A DNA stretch of 63,144 bases, the filler included, from Lenisia limosa (taxonomy: Eukaryota; Protista; Breviatea), in the NCBI GenBank assembly GCA_001655205.1. It is 10 parts of 10 records of this genome, joined end to end, with 100 filler letters (N's around TTAATTAATTAA, not from the genome) between each part and the next. Parts side by side here need not be neighbours in the genome. Positions count along the whole stretch, not along the records: positions 59,003 to 63,144 come from LPNZ01010997.1; 9 more parts are not named here. One strand, 5' to 3'. Made by a program: the position numbers and the translations under genes. This document shows positions 61,717-63,144 of the stretch, piece by piece (the first letter of the stretch is position 1; the number at the start of each line of letters is the position of its first letter). The notes beneath the pieces are model-generated. The model had not been told where the DNA came from, made no database searches, and worked only from the letters and a program-made list of their open reading frames with translations.

Positions 61717-63144
61717 GTGTTCATGTTAATGTGATTTTCATATTTCAATACCACAATAAGTATATTAATTAATCCTAGTACTTTCAGGGAGTTCTTCACT
61801 CAATGAAACGCTGGGTGGGAATCTCTTGGTAAATGAAGATGTTTGGGACGCGGAGTTTGCCATTTACAATGGATTATTTAATAGGTATCCTTAAATAATC
61901 AATTAAAAAATAATTCACTCCACCATATCTACTCGTGGACTAACATGGCGTATGCATAGGTGTTTAAAAATATTTTGTATTTTTGACGTATTTTGAAGAA
62001 AATATTGGAGTATTATGAAGGTAGTAGTTTGTGTGTATTTTTTATCCTGAACATGTAAAAGGGATATAACTCTTTAAAATGTGTGTTTTGGGCGATAAGT
62101 TGCAAAAAACAAAAGTCAGAGGTTTTTCTCAAAAATTGAGCAATTTTTAAACGTTTTTTTTTGTAAATATAGTATCGTAGTATATATCATATATGATATG
62201 TATAGTCAAAGCTCCAGACATCATTCAAAATTCACCGGACACATCAAAACTCCCGGACAGCTTGAGTTTTCCATATAAATTCATCATAAACCCTTTTTTC
62301 CTTTTGTTTTCGGAAGTAATTTCAATCTTAAAGGATGAAGCACCTATTTCTTATATTGCTGGGTCAAAACCAAATTAAGTGCCTAAGCTCTCTGGTTATG
62401 GCCCAAATACTGTCAAAAACACACAAAACCGTTATAAAAGGCCACATTCAAGGAATAAATGGCAACTATCCGGGAAAGTTAACCCTTTTAGTCAGTGCTA
62501 TTTTGAACATTTTTCTCTCAAAATTCACCATAACATAGTCAAAGTAAAGAGGAACCCGGTACCAATTACTCCGAGGGGTACAAATTTTTGTTTCTTAACA
62601 CTCAAAGAGGGTAAGATTAAAAAAAAAATCCTGTGAAAAGGCAAAAGGGGGACGGACCCCCAATTTTTTAAAAAACACTGACATTGGCCTATACAAGGTG
62701 TTAACTTCAAGCTATCTGGTCCGATGAATTATAAATGATGTCCAGAGCTTTGAGGACCCATAATTGATATTTATTATGAAAATATATCGACATATACATA
62801 TTACATACAAAGTATATATATACTATATTATNNNNNNNNNNNNNNNNNNNNNNNNNNNNNNNNNNNNNNNNNNNNNNNNNNNNNNNNNNNNNNNNNNNNN
62901 NNNNNNNNNNNNNNNNNNNNNNNNNNNNNNNNNNNNNNNNNNNNNNNNNNNNNNNNNNNNNNNNNNNNNNNNNATTGAAGTCAAATGATCTTGACTTTGT
63001 TTTTCGGGGTGATTTGTTTTCTACTGTATTTCAAAATTGGTTTCAAATTCTTGTAAAATATTTGGGATAGTATATAGCTCTAACAATAAGCCACATTTTT
63101 AACTTTTGAATCACTTTTAAGCCTATTTGCTGATTAATAGGAAT

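Noticed and set aside
62190-62760. Short inverted motifs (TCCCGGACA/TATCCGGGA) and TACAAGGTG, like a Tc1/mariner end
   Set aside because: No partner TIR or second copy in the window; cannot be delimited.
1-63144. tRNA, rRNA, CRISPR array or telomeric repeat
   Set aside because: None recognisable by eye; a covariance-model search was not possible.

Overview
Draft-assembly window from an intron-dense, AT-rich eukaryote, probably a protist (inference; species not identifiable from sequence). Exons are mostly 50-150 nt and GC-richer than introns. Splicing is GT-AG and the code is standard (SDR ends TAG, RtcA ends TAA). Nine artificial 100-nt spacers (44N-TTAATTAATTAA-44N) and many N gaps break the window, so adjacency across spacers is not evidence of linkage. 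Genes were reconstructed by eye from spliced exons and most exon coordinates are approximate. They are: a membrane class III nucleotide cyclase with a C1-type half-site (+), an ankyrin-repeat protein (-), a large surface protein with Big_9/cadherin-like, DNRLRE-like and LNR-like parts (+), an SDR (+), RNA 3'-terminal phosphate cyclase RtcA (-), and a signal-peptide FN3/GCC2_GCC3 receptor-like protein (+). There are also intron-bearing degenerate piggyBac and pogo-like transposases, a weak Transib/RAG1-like C-terminus and several unassignable exon chains. The most unusual signal is in the introns. Unrelated genes share homologous intronic elements: one family with a GGC-TTCG-GCC hairpin that is co-oriented with the host transcript wherever the host strand can be called, and two families ending in a C-run at the 3' splice site. 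Donors are typically followed by G-runs. Together this looks like an introner-like or structured intron system. A conventional ~100-bp hAT MITE with 8-bp TSDs inserts in both orientations and serves as an internal contrast.
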